This document shows positions 37,528 through 49,882 of a stretch of DNA of 64,000 nt, piece after piece. The translations under genes and the position numbers were made by a program. A model generated the notes under the pieces. The model was not told where the DNA came from. It was given only the letters and a program-made list of their open reading frames with translations, and made no database searches. Positions within the stretch are counted from its first letter, which is position 1, and each line of letters starts with the position of its first letter. Source of the stretch: Takakia lepidozioides (lineage: Eukaryota; Plantae; Bryophyta). The stretch spans positions 124,001 through 188,000 of the forward strand of contig CM060732.1 in NCBI GenBank assembly GCA_030704615.1. Reading direction: 5' to 3'.

Positions 37528-40500
37528 ATGGAGGGTGTCATGATTTGCATTGTGCTATTGCTGGGACTATCCATCGTATCAACGTTGTCAGCAGCTACAG
37601 CGGCAAGCAATTCAGGTACATGTGCAACATGAAATTACACTTGGCTCTTTGCAGGCTTGGTCAAAGAATTCATTCAATGTGGCGTTTAGATTAGACTAGA
37701 TTCTAGAGTGTCAGTATTGCTAGCACTGAATGCACTTGAACCAATGAGATTCTGATGGGTACAACTGAGCTGTATTGTCACTTGGGAATCACGGATCATA
37801 AGATCATCATCGACAAGTCTCCATGAGGGTTCCGGTGAAAAGTTAACATGTTTCGAACAGCCTAGAATTTCGTAACTTTCTAATTTGGGCTCAAGCTTAT
37901 AGAAGCGACCAGCAGGGAAATAGTAAGTGATGGGCCTGACATTCCAACTTGGCATTCCATGCAGCATCTTGTCCATTGGACTTCAAAACATACAACTACG
38001 TAGCAGAACCTGGTTGCCAAGGTGCCTCTCCCACATCACCGGAGGCGGAAAATTGCTGCCTTGCCGCTCTCCACATATTCTCACAGGTGTTTCTACTCGC
38101 GAAATAGAGCTCCTTATATCATTTGCGAAGCTCGGAAAGATCGAGCTATCATTTGTCTCAAGTGAAAAAAATTGTATTGTCAAGATTGAACACTCTAAAA
38201 TGAAGTCGTCCGAAGATGTCCAGCTCTATTAAATCTCTATGAAAGTTAAGCCTATGATCTCTCATATGTGGATTTTTAAGATGAACATCGAGAGGTATAT
38301 GTAGCTCTCTCTGCAAGGCAGAAATCTTAGTGTATGTATCCTGACTGGTTTGGTGTGCACAATTTGTGAAAACTATCTGTATATAGGCTGGACTAAAATG
38401 CTGTATATAAAACTTGTTGTGCACAAACGTTGTACATGATACGAGCTGAAAATGTGACCACAGGCACTGGCAGCACACACCAACATTACCCGGGGCCAGC
38501 CACTGTTCCTCGACAGTTCCACGGAGAAAGCATGCGCTGACAACGCAGCCCAAAACGGGATCATCAACTCCACCAACTGCTCTGCCAAGGCCCTAACCTA
38601 CACTGCGAATGCGTCGGGCTGCAGCTTTGCGACTGTCGCCGATCTCCAGGTTGGAATCTGACATCCGTTGCTAATGAATTGAGATCTTCCTCAAGAAATA
38701 CACATTTAGTCACCGGTAGGCAGGTTTGGTGGAATCACCCGGGCGGAAGGGGAATTAACTGGTGGGGAGAATAGGGAGGATGCATGTTGGGGGTGTCAAG
38801 GCTGTAGCCCTTGCACCACTCTGAGGACAGAATAGGACGGGCAGCTTAGTGGTAGAGCACCCCATTGGAATGGGGAGGTCATAGGTTCAATCCCTAGCTC
38901 GACTGCACGCCAAAATTTACCATGATGGTATCAGAGCCAAGGTGTGGGGGGTGGGCATTGGCTATAAGGGCTATGCCTTGAGGAGGTCGGGTAGTGCGAG
39001 CATAAGGGCATATTCCCAGATCATAAGGGCTATGCCTTGAGGAGGTCGGGTAGTGCGAGCATAAGGGCATATTCCCAGATCATAAGGGCTATGCCTTGAG
39101 GAGGACGGGTAGTGCGAGCATAAAGGCATATTCCCAGATCATAAGGGCTATGCCTTGAGGAGGTCGGTAGTGCGAGCATAAGGGAATATTCCTTGAATTT
39201 CCAATATACTTACGGAATATTCACAGCGAAACCAAATTGTCGAAACTAACACAAGCCTATGTAAGAACAAGCCTCTATACCTGATGACCATGTTACCCTA
39301 TAGGCGTGGCCTTTTCTCACACGATATCAACCCCTTTTCATAATAGGCGCGAGAGTGGGTGGTGAGGCTTCACCTCAAATTTAAGGTCCTCTCCCATGGA
39401 TAATTTCACATGACTGTGGGTTGCTCACGCGATACCAACCACCCCCCCCCCCCCCCCCCGCCTCGGGAGTGTTGGAGGTGTCAAGGCTACAGCCCTTGCC
39501 CGGAATTATGAGGACAGAATAGGACAGTAGCTCAGGGGCAGAGCACCCCACCCCAGTGGTTCAACAATGCAAACGCGTCGACTAAGCTAAAATGTTTGCG
39601 ATACTTGCTGGCCTGATTTGCAGAGGACATTGGAACTGGCTACGGGGCCGAACATTACCTTGAATACTTTGGAAGATGCGTGTAAGGATGTGACTGGAGA
39701 CTGTGTGACATGCAACACAAATTACGCGCGTGCTAAGAGTGCTCTTACAAGTTATACCCACGACGACGCTGATCTCTGTGGAGCAGCTGTGCTGGTTACT
39801 GTGGCGAGCTCGAATATCGGCAATACAAAGTGGGTCAACGATCTCTATACTTGCCTGGGCGTACCTACTATTACAGACAGTAAGCAACCGGACCTTCCCT
39901 TCAGACGTCCCCCAGGGTCCATATCTATGAATCTTATATATATTTTTATATATATATATCGAACGGTGAACTGCACATTTCAGAACTTCGGAAGTATTGC
40001 TGGTCAACTATGCTTTGCCAGTAGAGTCCAATATCCTTGTCCGCATTCCTCCATTTGCCCAGCGTGAATTCCTCTCTTTGCTTTAATACACTCTAGACCA
40101 TGCCCAGGTAGGTTGAGACTTGTCTACTAGTATATACATATATATTCAGCTAGAGCTGGCCAGGTGCTTGTGCACACTTGCAGGGCGAGAAATCCATAGG
40201 AAGACGGAACTTCGGTAACATTTGCCCATGGAGGAAATCCTTATATATTATGTAAGTAGATCAACTTATATTAAAATGTAAGATTTCTGTTCTTTAGACA
40301 AAGATAGCTCCAGAGTCTTGTTGCTATGATCCAGGCTACAGGCTGCATGTTTCTGGACTGTAGATCAGAGTTTAGGGGCAGAGAGCTGTTGTGGTCCCCT
40401 TTGGAAAGACACTCGATGAGAGGGTGAACATTTAATTTCAAATCTTGAAGATTATGCAAGCGCACTGATACTTACCTGTGTATAGCAGTGGAACACGTCA

Positions 40501-43040
40501 ATTGAAATCTTGTTCAAGCTGAAATAATGTCAAAGTGCGTCCTTCAGGTCAAGTCATTCGACGTACTTCAATGACCCAAGTACTGCTTGGGACCATATTT
40601 GGGTTTTTGCTCTTCGTCTTCCTGGTGCTGCTTGTCATATACCTCCGGCGACACTACCGACCTAAGAAATTATATCAACGTGACTTTGGCTCGGCTTTAT
40701 ATGGAGGTTGTTTGTTACTCTTCTCCGTCTTTTTCGATGTTTACAGTTACAACTTTTATCTCAGCCCTGAGCTATTCATTCCTGAAGTTAAATTCAACAT
40801 TTGTGCTGTAAGTAACTACTAATGAACAGTACAGTTCCAGGGCACTGAGACTTTGAGTGCTTGGAAGTTCTACATATCTTCAAATTTCGAGCTAGACCAG
40901 ATGTATGGCACATGTGCATACGCGTGTTGATTGAAGAGAGAGGTCATCTGGAAGGACATGACGTATTTCAATCAGAAGGTCTCATGGTTGAAACTCGATA
41001 GGAACCATGAGAGAAAATAGTACCTGCTGGCCAGATATTTCCAAATGAGCACTAAAATTGTCGTATTCACGTTTCACACACTACATATAGACCCCAAGGT
41101 ATCTTTAAGGGATATTTTTAGAAAGGACAGAGAGCCTTCTACCTGTACATAAATTGAAGGTCCAGCTCATTTGAAACTCATATGCAGCCAGTGGATATTC
41201 ATGTAGGACTTCATCTGAACTAGACTACGACATTTAGTTTGAATCTGTGAAAAACATGCAGCACTTTATGTGTTATACTGGTCAGCCCACACATGAGGTG
41301 CAGTCAACTGGTGGCACCCTGAGCTCGTACTATCTAGATGGATTTCTAGAAGTCATCACTGAACAATCTCTAGCTGCCACAGAAGGTCAATGGAGTTTCA
41401 CGAGTGTAACGAGACTAGTTACTCATTCTGGCACCTGCACTTTGATTTGACTATCCAGACCAGATTCACGGTCTACAAAGGAATAAAGGAAGCATGGTAG
41501 TATCCTTCTCTCCAAAGGAACTACTAAGGGCAACTGACAACTTCAGTGAAGAGAATCTCCTTGGGGAGGGCAGTGCGGGCACTGTGCATCGAGGCATGCT
41601 GCCCAGTGGGCAATTGGTGGCAGTGAAACGCATTGACAAGGACAAGGAGCTTGACACTTTTGAAAGGGAAGTGGATAGTTTGTCAAGGGTTCGACACCCG
41701 AACCTAGTGACCTTGTTGGGATACTGCCACACAGACAGTGAGCATCAACTGGTCTATGAGTACTGCTCCAAGGGCAACCTTTGGCAATGGCTTTTCGGTG
41801 AGTCCTACTTGGGTTTCATCTTGCATTGCATTAAACGCTTCAAACCTTTGCAAGCATTTATGCGCGCAATTCTACTCTCTTTTGAACGTGACTGTGAATG
41901 GGCAGGAGGCAGACTGCTGACATGGGAGCAGCGTGTGAACATTGCCGTGGGCAGTGCAAAAGGTCTATGGTTCCTACACAAGTACCCCGAGGGCCAGATT
42001 GTGCATCGTGATATCAAGGTACCTCCCTGTCTACAGCTCTCTAGAGAGTGGTGTGGAAAAGGCTGCAGCTCAGCGTTAGCATTGAAGTTTGGAACAAGTT
42101 CGATATTTGTGTGTTGTCTTGTACCTCAGTTTTCATGTGAGCAACTGGTGTTGTCTGTTCAAACTGTGCAGCCAACGAACATTCTACTGACTGAGAATCT
42201 GGAGGCTAAAGTGTCAGATTTTGGGTTATCCAAGTTCATTACCATGGACGAGTCGCGTGTGTTTACAGAGGTGAAAGGAACAGCGGGTTACCTCGACCCC
42301 GAGTACATACAAAATGGGCAGCTCACATTTTCTAGCGATGTCTACAGCTTCGGAGTTGTGTTGCTGCAACTGATTTCCGGGCGGCGACCCATCGATCTTA
42401 ATCCCAATGAGCACATGTTTCTTGTCAAAGCGGTATGCAAGCTAATCTCCCCTTTTTCCCATTCTATATGATCTGAGCTCACAATTCTAGTTCAGTGTGG
42501 ATGCATTCAGTGGGGACTGGACGTTGAAGATTTCCAAGGGGAAGGACCAAGGAAAAGAATCCAGCCACTTGTCATTTCCAGGCTCTTCTTTAATATGATT
42601 CAGTGACATCTGGTTAGTTATGTTTCTAGAGACCGCTGTTTTTCGCTCGTTAGTACACGAAATCAATACTACTGTCTCCACATCATGGAGCGGAGGTAAG
42701 AGGAGACAGATAGGGCTATAGCTCTAGACTAACTTTTGTTAAATGCTGGCAGGCAATGCAATTGTTTAAAGCAAAAAGGCTTCAGGAGCTCATAGACCCC
42801 AGACTAGAGGGCAAGTACTGCGTGCCTGCATTTGAACAAATTTGTAAAGTTGCCTTGCGCTGCACCAATAAGTTAGGGGTCCACCGGCCAGACATGATCG
42901 AAGTCCTACAGGGCCTAGAAAAGGCCATGGTTATTGCCAGAAGCTACTCCTCAGTGTCACCGCACGTTTCTCTAGTTAAGGTGATTGCCATGAACCCCCT
43001 AGGTACAATGGTACTCTTTCTCAATGAAACGGACAGTTAG
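37528..43040 (+). CDS. SPARK-domain receptor-like Ser/Thr kinase (URK-2/ARK-like), 9 exons: 37528-37615, 37965-38086, 38464-38649, 39624-39879, 40548-40706, 41459-41797, 41906-42018, 42172-42432, 42753-~43040
   Basis: Signal peptide MEGVMICIVLLLGLS..; Cys-rich ectodomain SCPLDF..C..CC..C..C..C..C..CxxC..LC..C; TM helix VLLGTIFGFLLFVFLVLLVIYL; kinase GEGSAG, VAVK, HRDIKPTNILL, DFG, GTAGYLDPEY. All introns are GT-AG with consistent phases. The exact C-terminus is uncertain. Confidence 0.9.
38834..38905 (+). promoter_or_regulatory. tRNA-like Pol III internal promoter module inside the TRIM 5' LTR
   Basis: GCAGCTTAGTGGTAGAGC (A-box/D-arm), CCCCA-TTGGAA-TGGGG (anticodon-like arm), AGGTC, ATAGGTTCAATCCCTA (B-box/T-arm). 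Confidence 0.7.
38963..39192 (+). repeat. ~59-bp tandem repeat, about 4 copies, inside the TRIM
   Basis: Unit ATAAGGGCTATGCCTTGAGGAGGTCGGGTAGTGCGAGCATAAGGGCATATTCCCAGATC; copies are near-identical. Confidence 0.92.
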
Positions 43041-45027
43041 ACAAGTGTGTTAATGATATTATTGTGGACTGCATGTGCCGGTTCCTGGGGCCCAGAAGAA
43101 AAGTTATCCCACGGCTGCATTTCTCTGCTCCTGATGTGTCAGAAACAGGAGCATCTATAACACGTCTCTTCTGTTAGATCAGGGTTACATGTCTAGATCA
43201 TTCTTTGATCGTATCATCTTGTCTCGCGGAACTCCTCTCATCTACTGAGGTAAGCTGGGGCAAAGTCTTCGGTTGTGACAGTCATCAGCTGCCCCGATTT
43301 GAACTGTCTTCTCAGCATCCCTCCTTAAACAAGAGTCCAAGTTGGGTGCAGGGTCTGTGGTCATAGTAAGTCTATTGGGCAACGGTTCCATCCTCTAAAA
43401 TATGCCTCTCCTTGTTCCTCATTTCCAGAGAATTTCTAAAAACATCATGCAACGGTGTGTGACTGGCAGATTGACCAAGATTCTCCCATCAGCATACGCC
43501 TCACTGGTGAAGAGGACATGTTTTAGTACCTTTGTGCATCCTCGTAAGACCGTATGAAAGCACCAGCCACCAGCAGCTTTCATGAATGCCTACATTTCTC
43601 TGTGGGGGCTACCCAAATCAAGACTCCAGCAATCAATTGTGGATTCAATTCAATTCATCATGGCATGGAAACAGGGTGATCCGATCTAGTACTGATGGTT
43701 GTTCAATTACAGATCTTCGGTTAACTCATGAGAGGGCCCCCACCAATGAGCTAGGAAGGGATTCAAAGCACATGTAAAAGGACAGAGAAAATTCAGGACG
43801 AACAGTACGGGCTCTTCCTGCAATACTTGTCTTTTTCAAGGTTTCCAACTATGAGAATCATATCTTGGTGCAATGGCAAGTATATTACCTCAAGAGATCC
43901 TCCATGTGAGTTGTTGCTGCTTCTCCAGAATCAACTAGGCATAACTTGCAAATACAACAAGTGTGAAAGATTTTGATCATACGTAATTCTTGTTATCATA
44001 GGTCAAGCTTGTCCTACCGTGCCCTGATCCATTGAACTTCTTTGCAACAGACTACTGGAAACCCAGAAATAGTAAGGGGAAACGACAGTTGGGTTTTTAC
44101 TAAGCTGAAAATTTGGAAGGTATAAGCGGACTATCTATCGCAGGGGACAATACTCTTAAACTGAGCGTTGGGAAATTAACGGCAGCCATGCCAGGATAAA
44201 AAGGAGCTTGGTTGGACAGACAAAAGACAAGATGGAAACTAAAGTGCGCTTGAGTGCAACCAAAAGATGTGTGTCCCCATATGAGTTTCGTAGTCCAAGG
44301 GAGATCAAATATTAATCATTCATGCTTGTCGAATTACATAATGCCTACCACTAAACTTCATCTAGTCCTACAAATGTCTCTGCAATTCCTCCAACACCTT
44401 TTTGCTGGACCCTGTGTATGAATCAACACTGTTCAACACTCTTCACAATTTCTTGTAGGATACATAATAGAAGATACCTGCCAAGACATACATGCCTGTT
44501 ACAGAAGCTCTGTAACAGGAGGAACCATCATATTCTTACAAACATTGTCGGCACACATGTACTTCCGTTATTGTACAAATTTGACCTCAGCTAGAGACAT
44601 ATACCAAAGATCAAAACTCAAAACCCTCTCATGAGAGAAACAAAAGACCATGTTGAGGAAACTCTTTCTCCTGTAGTCAACACAACTTCCTCACCTGCAA
44701 AATGTCTTCACGCTTATAATGAATTGCACGGGCACTGCCTGCCAGTTCATCATCACCTTTGGCCAGAAATAGACACATTGGTCATCTGGTTACTGTCCTC
44801 TAACTCTGCTCTCAGCTGACAAAGTCATGATCATTGTACCCCAAACACTTGTCCAGCTAATGGACTGATTTTCAGCTTGCTGAACAGTCAGTCAAAGTGA
44901 GAGAATAACCTTACATGCTCCCCTTGGTACTTGGATCAGGATTTGATGTACTTCTGAAATACATTGAGGAGCAATGAGTGGCTTGCTCAAGACCATGGCT
45001 TGGCTTTATCTGACCAGACCATGGATG

Positions 45028-47720
45028 CTACTTGACACTGCCTGTCCGCCGCCTATCCCGCCTCCGCAAGAATTCAGGTACTTCATGCAGTTTTGATCTT
45101 CTCGGGTTTTGCTCCCAGCTAAAGATATCGTCTTCAACAGTCCTCACCAGGCCGCCAGCAAGGTGATCCCCACTTCCTGATTCCCTGAATCCTGTCGCAA
45201 TCACTGTCATGCGCACCATCCCTTCATAGCTCTCATCAATGACAGCACCGAAAATCACATTGGCATTCGGGTCTGCCATGCTGTACACAATCTCAGCCGC
45301 TGTGTTCACCTCATGAAGTGTTAGATCTTTGCCCCCTGTTACATTGTACACAATGCCCATAGGCCTGGAGACCGAGCGAAGAAGGGGGGACATTATGGCA
45401 GAGCGTGCCACCTCCTCTGCACGATTCTTGCCAAACCCCACACCAATACCGAGCATTGCACTCCCTGCATTGGACATTATGGCTTTCACGTCAGCAAAGT
45501 CTACATTGACAAGGCCTGGAACAGTGATGATATCCGAGATTCCTTGCACCCCCTGCACACCACCCCACCATAAGACACTGAAGGGCATTGGGCAATACAG
45601 GACAAATGCTGATGTCCAAGACTGTTACTCTAACAGTAAGATCCAATCTTCTGGAGCAAATGAAAGTCATGTGGAATAGTTGCAATTCAAATTTGTGGCT
45701 TAGATGATAAAACTATTAATCACGGACACAAACATCAAGTTTGCGTTTAAATCGGGTAAGTAACAGACTGCATCCTGGTGATTGGCAGCTTTCATCAATC
45801 CTCAAGTAAAAAGAAATATTAGGGTTTGTAGTGTATGTAACGACACATACAAAGCGCCACACTGAGGTTCTTCATCTTGGAGCAACTGGGGAAAAGAAAG
45901 TCACCACGTGTGATGCTCTCTCTCACTCTTTCCCTCTCTCCTGTGTGGGCCCTTGGGCCATCAATGGAGTTTAGTGATAAACTATATTACATGTCTATTA
46001 GGAGACATCTAAGAAAATTGGAACAATAAATAGAAGATTGGCATGGCCCCTGCACAAGGATGGCACGCACAATTTCGAGAAATGGGACAAATTTTTGCGA
46101 CCACCCCCCCTCCAACAACATGCAATCCCTTGGAAGCCTTCTTTTCGTCCACCTTCCATTCGAGAGCACTCTCCTACAACCCTGTGTCAGGGTCTTCCCC
46201 ATCCTGTTTAGCTCCCAGATTGGTTCATTTTCTCGCAAGAGAATCATGTTCATACACATTTCCACTGGCACAACAAACATATGTCAAAACTCACCTGTCG
46301 TAATACATCATCAGCAAGATGAAAAGCATCAAGAATAGTGGTGTCTGCTGCTACTGTTTGCAGCAAACGGTCATTTGGGACTACCACCAGTGTATCAGCT
46401 GCATTACGCATTGCATCTACACCTTTCCGAGCTTCTCGGACCCTTCGAGGACCCTCAAAACCAAAAGGTTCTGTGACAATGCCAATCGCCAACGCGCCCA
46501 TAGCCTTTGCCAATCGAGCAACCACTGGACCTGGTAATTAAAAACTCACATATAAGCTTGTATGGGTTATGATCTTGCACATATTACCCATTGAACCTCC
46601 AATCATGCAATCAATTTCTCCACTGCCAACACACTTCCTTGTCTTACACCTACTCATCCAAGGGCAATCAAGGGCAATACCTATGACAGAAGTCTTCCTG
46701 ACCCATATACTTCAATCTAACAATGAGCTGGGAGCATGTTGGACCTCAAGACATTCTGAAAGCATTCTGGCAGCAATTACAGCACGGAGGATTGACCCCA
46801 GGAAGTCCTTATTTGGGGCACACGGTTGTGCTCAGTGACATCCACTATCAGTCAGACTACAACAACAAACAGAAGAGACATCTGGACGAAGATATGCCAG
46901 GAGCAAACACGAGAGAAGGAGAACCTGCGCCAGATCCTGTTCCGCCACCCATGCCTGCAGCTACAAACACTAAATCTGCACCGTCCAGTGCCATTGACAG
47001 CTCTGCCAGCGACTCTGTTGCAGATTCTTCGCCAACGTCACTTCTGCCACCCGCACCTCTCCCCACGGTGGTGTCCCTCCCAATCTGCAGCTTATGGGGA
47101 GCCAACGATCGTCCCAGAGCTTGGACATCGGTATTGATGGCCCAGAATTCAACGTTCAGGAGCCTCGATCTCACCATCTCATTCACTGCGTTACATCCCC
47201 CTCCCCCTACTCCCACCACTTTGATTGACGCTTTTCCTGAAAGACTGCGTTCTGTGCGTCTGTCTGCCACTGCATCTTCTAAGTCATACACTTGGTCCTG
47301 AAGCTTTGTGGCAAGAGCAGTTGTCGTCAATGAGAGAATGAACGGGTCAACCTCTTCCGCAGGTAACTCACGGCCTTCTTCGTAGCTCGACGAAGTCTCT
47401 GGCAGTCGAGAAACAAAACCCGGACAAATATTTCTGTATGCAAGCTTAGGATTGTCAGTGCCAGAAAACATGGTGTGCTGCCTTCCACACAGGTGCATAG
47501 AGAGCATGTGCTTGGAGGTTCGGCAGTAAACCAATCTTCGGAACAAATCTCCATCGTGTAGACAGTTTCTGGACTTATTCAGTCCTGGACCAGCTGCCAA
47601 TCGTTCGCAAGTAAACCCGCAACCAGCATTCCCAATGCTCCCATACAGCAATGGCAGACACAAGAAAGAGGATGGGACATGCCCAGAATGGGTGAGGGGG
47701 CACCCGCTACTCAACTCCAT
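45028..47720 (-). CDS. ftsZ: Plastid division protein FtsZ (probably FtsZ3 clade), exons 47720-46925, 46530-46295, 45552-45028
   Basis: [59 protein letters not shown]-terminal VPEFL core motif. Long transit-peptide-like N-terminus; GT-AG introns in phase. Confidence 0.95.
45993..46096 (+). pseudogene. U6: Full-length diverged U6 snRNA copy, antisense within FtsZ intron 2
   Basis: GTCTATTAGGAGACATC..AAAATTGGAAC..GAAGATTGGCATGGCCCCTGCACAAGGATGGCACGCA..TCGAGAAATGG..AAATTTTT follows plant U6; the ACAGAGA box and AGC triad are mutated. Confidence 0.88.
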
Positions 47721-48939
47721 AATTGCATCTTACCGACCTACGTTCAACTACTCATCCTCTCTATCAACTGATCATATGTGACAGAACGTCTCTCGATTGC
47801 TCTTAAACCCTGAGCCAAATGAACCCAAACTGCTATGTTCTTCCAGGAATTATTCAAGAAACATTGAGTAGGTCAAATAGCCCGTATGCATGAGCTCGTT
47901 CAACCGAACGTTGTCGAGCAACTTCCAAGGACAAATGCTGCGGAAATATCTGGCAATTTGTAACATTCAAGCCCCCATTTTATACGTGGAAGCGAAATTG
48001 AAGGCCCCATCTACCAATGACCACATTTCTAAAGCGTCTTTGGGTATGCACGGGAGAGGAGGAACCACAAATTAAGAAGGATACACAGTTGCCTTCATGC
48101 TCCCTGCTAAGCTACCAACAGCTTTGGTGAAATCCAATGCAAAGAGCAGTTTACATAGAATCCCTGAAGCCTGAGCTGTCTTCAAATTTGACATATAGAA
48201 TATTCCTTCAATGCGAGCACCTGCTACAGTTCAGATCTGTAAACTACGAAAAGTCCATGCCCGAGCAGATCTGTAGTCAACAAGTGATCAACACTGTGAG
48301 CCTGTGTGGATTCAACGATTCAACCTGGCCTTGCCTCCATACCCTCCTCACTGGCGGGGCCAGAAGAAGGAGAAAACCCTAGAGGCGACCACCTGTTCCC
48401 AGTCACCGGTCACCAAAATGTCGACCGCCTATTGCCGTGGAGAAAGGGGTGGAAATTCTTCCCGCCAAATTCCGACAAACATATTTCGATCTCCTGGAGG
48501 CAGGAGGCCTATTCGCAGCTTCCTTGCCGTGCGCACTACTAGGTTTGTTCTGTATATGGGAATGTCCCTCGGCAGGCCCTCAAATCTGGCAATGCCCCGC
48601 CAAAAACTTTAAGAAATATTTGGAAGTAAAAGAAATCTAATGGGTGCATCGCACATCCTCGAATATACTCGATGAAGCTGATGGGGATATTCTGCAAGGC
48701 GGAATGCACCCGGAATGAATTCTTATTTTTAAGGGCACAATAAATACAAACAAAATTTTTTGGCAGGTCTTTATGTTGGTTGAGAACTTTTTACGGAGCC
48801 ATTCAACATTTGACAGGTATTGGATGAACTTTTTGGATGAACTCTTTAGTTTTCATTCACATGCTCGTGATATCAAGATAGCAATTTCGAGGTCTATTTT
48901 CTTATTTCCCAATCCATTAAGGATTTTGCCTACCTAGTA

Positions 48940-49570
48940 TGGCGATTTGGAGAAGGATTTAAAAGAGGAATTCTCAGCCTATCAGAAGGAGGAGCTGCAA
49001 ACAGACGTTTCGGATGATGTGGAAGTGATGCAGCTTCTCACCTTTGGACAGCCTATTGACTACTTGAACAAAGGGGAGAGAAAGAGAGTCATGAAAAGGG
49101 CCAGAAAATATGCCTATGTAAAGGGAGATATTTTCTTTGAAGGGAAACTGGTACCTACCAAGAAAGACAAAAACTCAATCATCAAGGGATTCACTCCACC
49201 ATGGGGCATTTTTGGCAACGGGAGATCACATGAAGAAATGTGTCGTAGGTACTTCTGGCACAACTGCACTGAGCAGATTCGCAGCATGCTACTGGGCTGA
49301 GAGCACGAAGGACAAAGGTATCATATGGTCTGGATCTTCCAGGCTGAAGAACATACCAATAGTTGACCTCTTTCATCGGATGGCTCTGGATATATCGGGC
49401 CCCCTGCCAGTGACTATACGTGGTGGCAATTGATCACTATTCAAAGTGGGTTGAGGCAACACATGTGGCTGATCACTCATCACTCCTCACGGCACGCTTC
49501 TTGGAGGAAGAAATAACCAGTAGGTATGGATGCCCTCGTTTCATTCTCACTCACAACGGCACTGAGTGGA
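48940..49570 (+). mobile_element. Degenerate Gypsy integrase fragment, same family as 17950-18560
   Basis: VMQLLTFG..DYL..KRVM, RYFWHN, DLFHRMALDISGPLP, DHYSKWVE..RYGCP..THNGTEW. Confidence 0.78.
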
Positions 49571-49882
49571 ATTCAAATTGTGTATGTTTCGGTTGCTGAA
49601 GTCAGGGAGAGACCTCCAACAGGCAGTCCATCTGCCACATGTTGAGATGAATGTGGAGATGAGTTTGAACAGATTTTTGTCATATGTCTTTTGAATGCAG
49701 CTTGTGCCAGCCTAGGACCTGCCTAGGAAAGAGGTGAAGACATCATGCAAGCTGGGGTTGTATTACGTATAATCTGAAGAATAGCCTACCGAATATATGA
49801 GCATAAAATGATTAGCATCACCGTTTCTTCTCTCTGCATATAGCTATGTGGGCCTATTGGATGGATGCTGTCACTATTTCCA

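Larger units (their letters stand above)
38785..39566 (+). mobile_element. Terminal-repeat retrotransposon in miniature (TRIM) in kinase intron 3
   Basis: TGTTG...CAACA termini; TSD ATGCA (38780-38784, 39567-39571); LTRs 38785-38922 and 39470-39566; PBS TGGTATCAGAGC at 38926; non-coding interior. Confidence 0.9.

Noticed and set aside
38834-38905. Functional tRNA-Pro gene
   Set aside because: The anticodon loop has only 6 nt, there is no good acceptor stem, and it lies within an LTR.
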